A stretch of 64,000 nt of DNA. Source: the human T2T-CHM13v2.0 reference genome, Homo sapiens. Shown one piece after another: positions 60,541 to 64,000 of the stretch. Every line of letters begins with the position of its first letter. The stretch's first letter is position 1. The stretch lies in the NCBI RefSeq assembly GCF_009914755.1, contig NC_060926.1. The stretch is one strand, 5' to 3'. The position numbers were made by a program, and so were the translations under genes. The notes beneath the pieces are model-generated. The model did no database searches. It worked only from the letters and a program-made list of their open reading frames with translations, and was not told the DNA's origin.

Positions 60541-61354
60541 CTCTCAAAGGTACTCACAGTAGGCTTTGTGTTTGGAGAGTGCTTTAGCAGTCACAAAACA
60601 TTGGCCTCTCTTTATGACAGAATCACAGAAAGCCAGACCTGGAACAAGTACCCTTAAGCTGTTTTGTTCAATCTCCTGATTTACAGGCAGAGAAACTGAG
60701 GCATTGAGAGGAGAAATGATTCCAGTGTTCCAGGTGCCATCCATAGGCTGTCGCCCACCCGGATCTAGTCCTTGCTGCCTCCACCCTCTAGAGCTGGCTG
60801 TCCGGTTCCTTCCGGCCCCTCTTGCCCAGCTCTTCCCCTCCCTTCCCCTTCCCACAGGGAAGGCTGGGAGAACTCTCCCAGTGGAGGCATCTTTATTCAT
60901 GAACCTGGCCCAGGGGAGCCCGGAGAGCCTGTCTGAAGGCTGCTCTGTGCTTTCCCTGCAGACTCAGAGAGATAAATATGGAAATGTGCGAGAAGAGCTT
61001 CCCCATCAAGACTAAGGGCTGCTATGACATCTAATACATACACCAGGAGGGGTGGAGGAGGCAGCTCCAGGGCTGCAGCCGGCAGAGTCTCCTCAGCCCC
61101 AGCTGGGCCCTTGCTCCCCCTTAGGCAGGCTTGGCTGACCCCTGGACATCTGCCCAGGCTGGGCTTTGTTTCTGTTTCCCACAGCACCTCCTGTACGCTG
61201 CCCCCACAACACCACAAAACTGCACAGGTGCTGGCCCATCTCCAGCTACCATCCAGCCCCCAACCCCACCCCAGGATGCCTCCCCTGACTTCTCCAACCT
61301 GCCTGGGCTTCCTCCTTCAAATCCCAAGTGCCTGGAGGCTACACTCTTGCTTTC

Positions 61355-61500
61355 TGAGGACCCATTAGCAGCTTCTGCATCAGAGAGTGTGCGCTATGCA
61401 AACCCCAGCCTCAACCCAAACCTGCTGAAGCAGAATTTGCATTTTCATGAGATCCCCAGGAGATCTGCTCTGGCCCACACCAGTGAGAGCAGGGCACTGT
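61355..61500. mobile_element. MER5A-like MITE remnant
   Basis: acccaaacctgctgaagcagaatttgcattttcatgagatccccaggagat. Confidence 0.55.
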
Positions 61501-61839
61501 GTCTGGTTTATACTGTGCCCACTGCAGTGCCTTGCACAGCACTGGGCTCCTGGTAAATATTCCAACCACAGACAGAATGACCTTTGCTGAGTCCTTGAGG
61601 TTGACGCAGCACTTTCCCGGACGTGGTCTCACATAACTCCCCCACGGCCCTGGATAATGCTGAGCGGTCAAGTCAAGACTCTCTAAGCAACTTGGACTAT
61701 GGGGGTTTTGGAAGAGGTGCTGGCCCCACGTGCTCAGTTTCTTTGCTGCCTCTGTCTCACTAGAATGCATGCAGATGTGATACTAGTAGTAGAATTGAGA
61801 TGTTGCCCTCTTGGGGGTCTGTGTTCCTGTATTAGGTAG

Positions 61840-62075
61840 ATGAGAGGTATGTAGAGTCTATACAGCCCCAAGGCCAAATTGCCTGAGTTCAAATTCTGCC
61901 ACTAACTAAGTATGTGACCCTGGGCAGGTTACATAATATCCATATGCCTCTGTGTACTCATCCATGTAATAGGGACAGCAGTGGAACCTACTTCATAGGA
62001 TTGTTGGCGGATTACACAATTCAATATGGGTAATGTGCTTACATAGTGCCTGACACATAGTAAGTGTTACAAAGT
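61840..62075 (+). mobile_element. MIR
   Basis: cctgagttcaaattctgccactaactaagtatgtgaccctgggcaggttac...cctacttcataggattgtt...agtgcctgacacatagtaag. Confidence 0.8.
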
Positions 62076-63684
62076 TTAATTAAACCAGTGTCTTTTTTCA
62101 AGTGTAATGTTGAAGACTTTGCAGATTTAGAACCACAGGAGTTGGTAGAACTCCTAGGGCTCAGAGGGAGCCAACTCCCTCGTTGCACACAAGAGGAAAC
62201 AGGCCCAGATGGTTGAATCCCTCTCCCAGCATCTCACAGCCAGTAAGTGGCATGATTGGAACCTGGACTCATGCACACTGAGCCTGCTCCTCCTTCCCAC
62301 GCCCTACAGGACACGATTAGAAAGTAGAGCGAGTTCCAGACCTGGCGCTGGAGTCCAAGCTGCCCACACAGGTGTGAGCGCCTGCTCTTCATTCTCAGTA
62401 GGATGGGAGGAACCTACTAGCAAACTCTCCAGAGATTTCCCCTCTGCCCTGAGATCTAGTCTCTAAGTTGGTCCTTCTTGACCGCTGAGGCAAGAATCAG
62501 GTCACATTAGCTGCAGTTACTCCTTAGGGAAAGGAATAATCAAGGAGTTGGGGTTTGGGAGGAGAGAGCAGCATAGGAGGGCCCCTTCCCAGGGGAGTAT
62601 TTTGCCAGCTCCCCGTTATCCCTCAAATGCTCTGCAGTGAGGATAAGGAAGTGAGAGGTCTCTGATGCCCTGGTGTGGCCATCCTTTTGTGTGGGTTTTA
62701 TGTTCTTGCTCTTTGTGCCCATGAGTTCTGACTCTTGTTGCATCTTGTGGCAATTCCAAATAAGCCCTCCCAGATTCCCGCAGGGATCTAGTCTTTCTAT
62801 TCTTTTGCTAAGGGGCTGGTGGGGTGAAGGGATCTATTGCCCCAGTTGCCCTTCAGGGGAGAGGGAGGCCTTTAACTCCTCATAACATCTCATGTTGCAA
62901 AATGCATTGCTTCGATGGAAATATTGGTTTTGAGCAAATTTGGACTCCAGATGACCAAGGTTCTGTTTGGGTTTGACGGTAATAAAAGGAAGATACAGGT
63001 ATACCAGGATGCATCCTACACATCCTGCAAGGTGAAATCCACCTTCCTCTCACTGGTTGTCTCAGCCGCCTTGGCTGGGTTTGCACTGCTCATTAACATT
63101 GGGTGTGCCTCTCTCTGCCTCCCTAACCACATGCAGATCCTGGCCTCAGTGTCTGCCTTTCTGCATCTCTCTGAGCACCTTGCCTAGTATCTGCCACATA
63201 TGGTGCACATAGTGGATGATGATTGACTGATCACTCAATATATTGTTTTCTATAAAAGAATGAAAGAAGATCATTTCCTCTTCTGGTCATTTCCTTTAAA
63301 GAATATATGTACTCTTTAAATGTTCCTTAGTTTTCGTATTATTGGCTCATACACAGAACACAGCCTTGCTGAAACTAAAATAATAACAACAATAATAATA
63401 GCATCTTTCATCGGCTGAATACCTATTATGAGCCCAACACTGTGTGCACATCATGTGTGTGCTTTACACACATCATCCTAATCCTCACAGCTTTGCTACC
63501 AGGGTCTTCCAAAGAAGGGAAGCCCAATGCCCCTAGGCACACTACTGTTCAATAGTGGAAGAACTGGAACCCAATACCGGGCATTCTGACTCTGTTCCAA
63601 TGTCCTCCCCATTAAATCCCAAAGGTCCCAGCCCAGCAGCCAATTCTCCTCTATCCTGTCCCATTTTTTGTATGAAGAAACTAA

Positions 63685-64000
<316 letters not shown>

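Noticed and set aside
60544-61770. Cluster of overlapping ORFs over 100 aa in a GC-richer region
   Set aside because: Low-complexity Pro/Ser/Leu-rich translations on both strands, CpG-depleted (not a CpG island), and no match to downstream VILIP-1 residues.

Overview
Primate (most likely human) genomic DNA lying entirely inside the VSNL1 (visinin-like 1 / VILIP-1) gene, + strand. The only real coding sequence I can support is the first coding exon: 15827-15993, with CDS 15832-15993 encoding [54 protein letters not shown]. It has about 15.8 kb of upstream intron and about 48 kb of downstream intron; the next coding exon (FFPYGDASKF...) is not in the ORF track and I did not see it. The rest is intronic and rich in repeats: 15 Alus, ERV1 and MaLR solo LTRs (several with intact target-site duplications, TSDs), old L1/L2/MIR remnants, hAT/Tigger MITEs and microsatellites. 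Repeat subfamily names come from my recall of consensus sequences, not from a search, and the boundaries of old repeats are approximate. I found no evidence of a new multi-gene system. The best leads are: (1) two nearby Alus that share private variants and a 5' flank; (2) a THE1 LTR nested in an Alu, whose TSD decayed reciprocally at a CpG; (3) possible alternative processing of the VSNL1 exon (cryptic terminal exon, upstream in-frame ATG, circularisation); (4) several candidate neuronal cis-elements.
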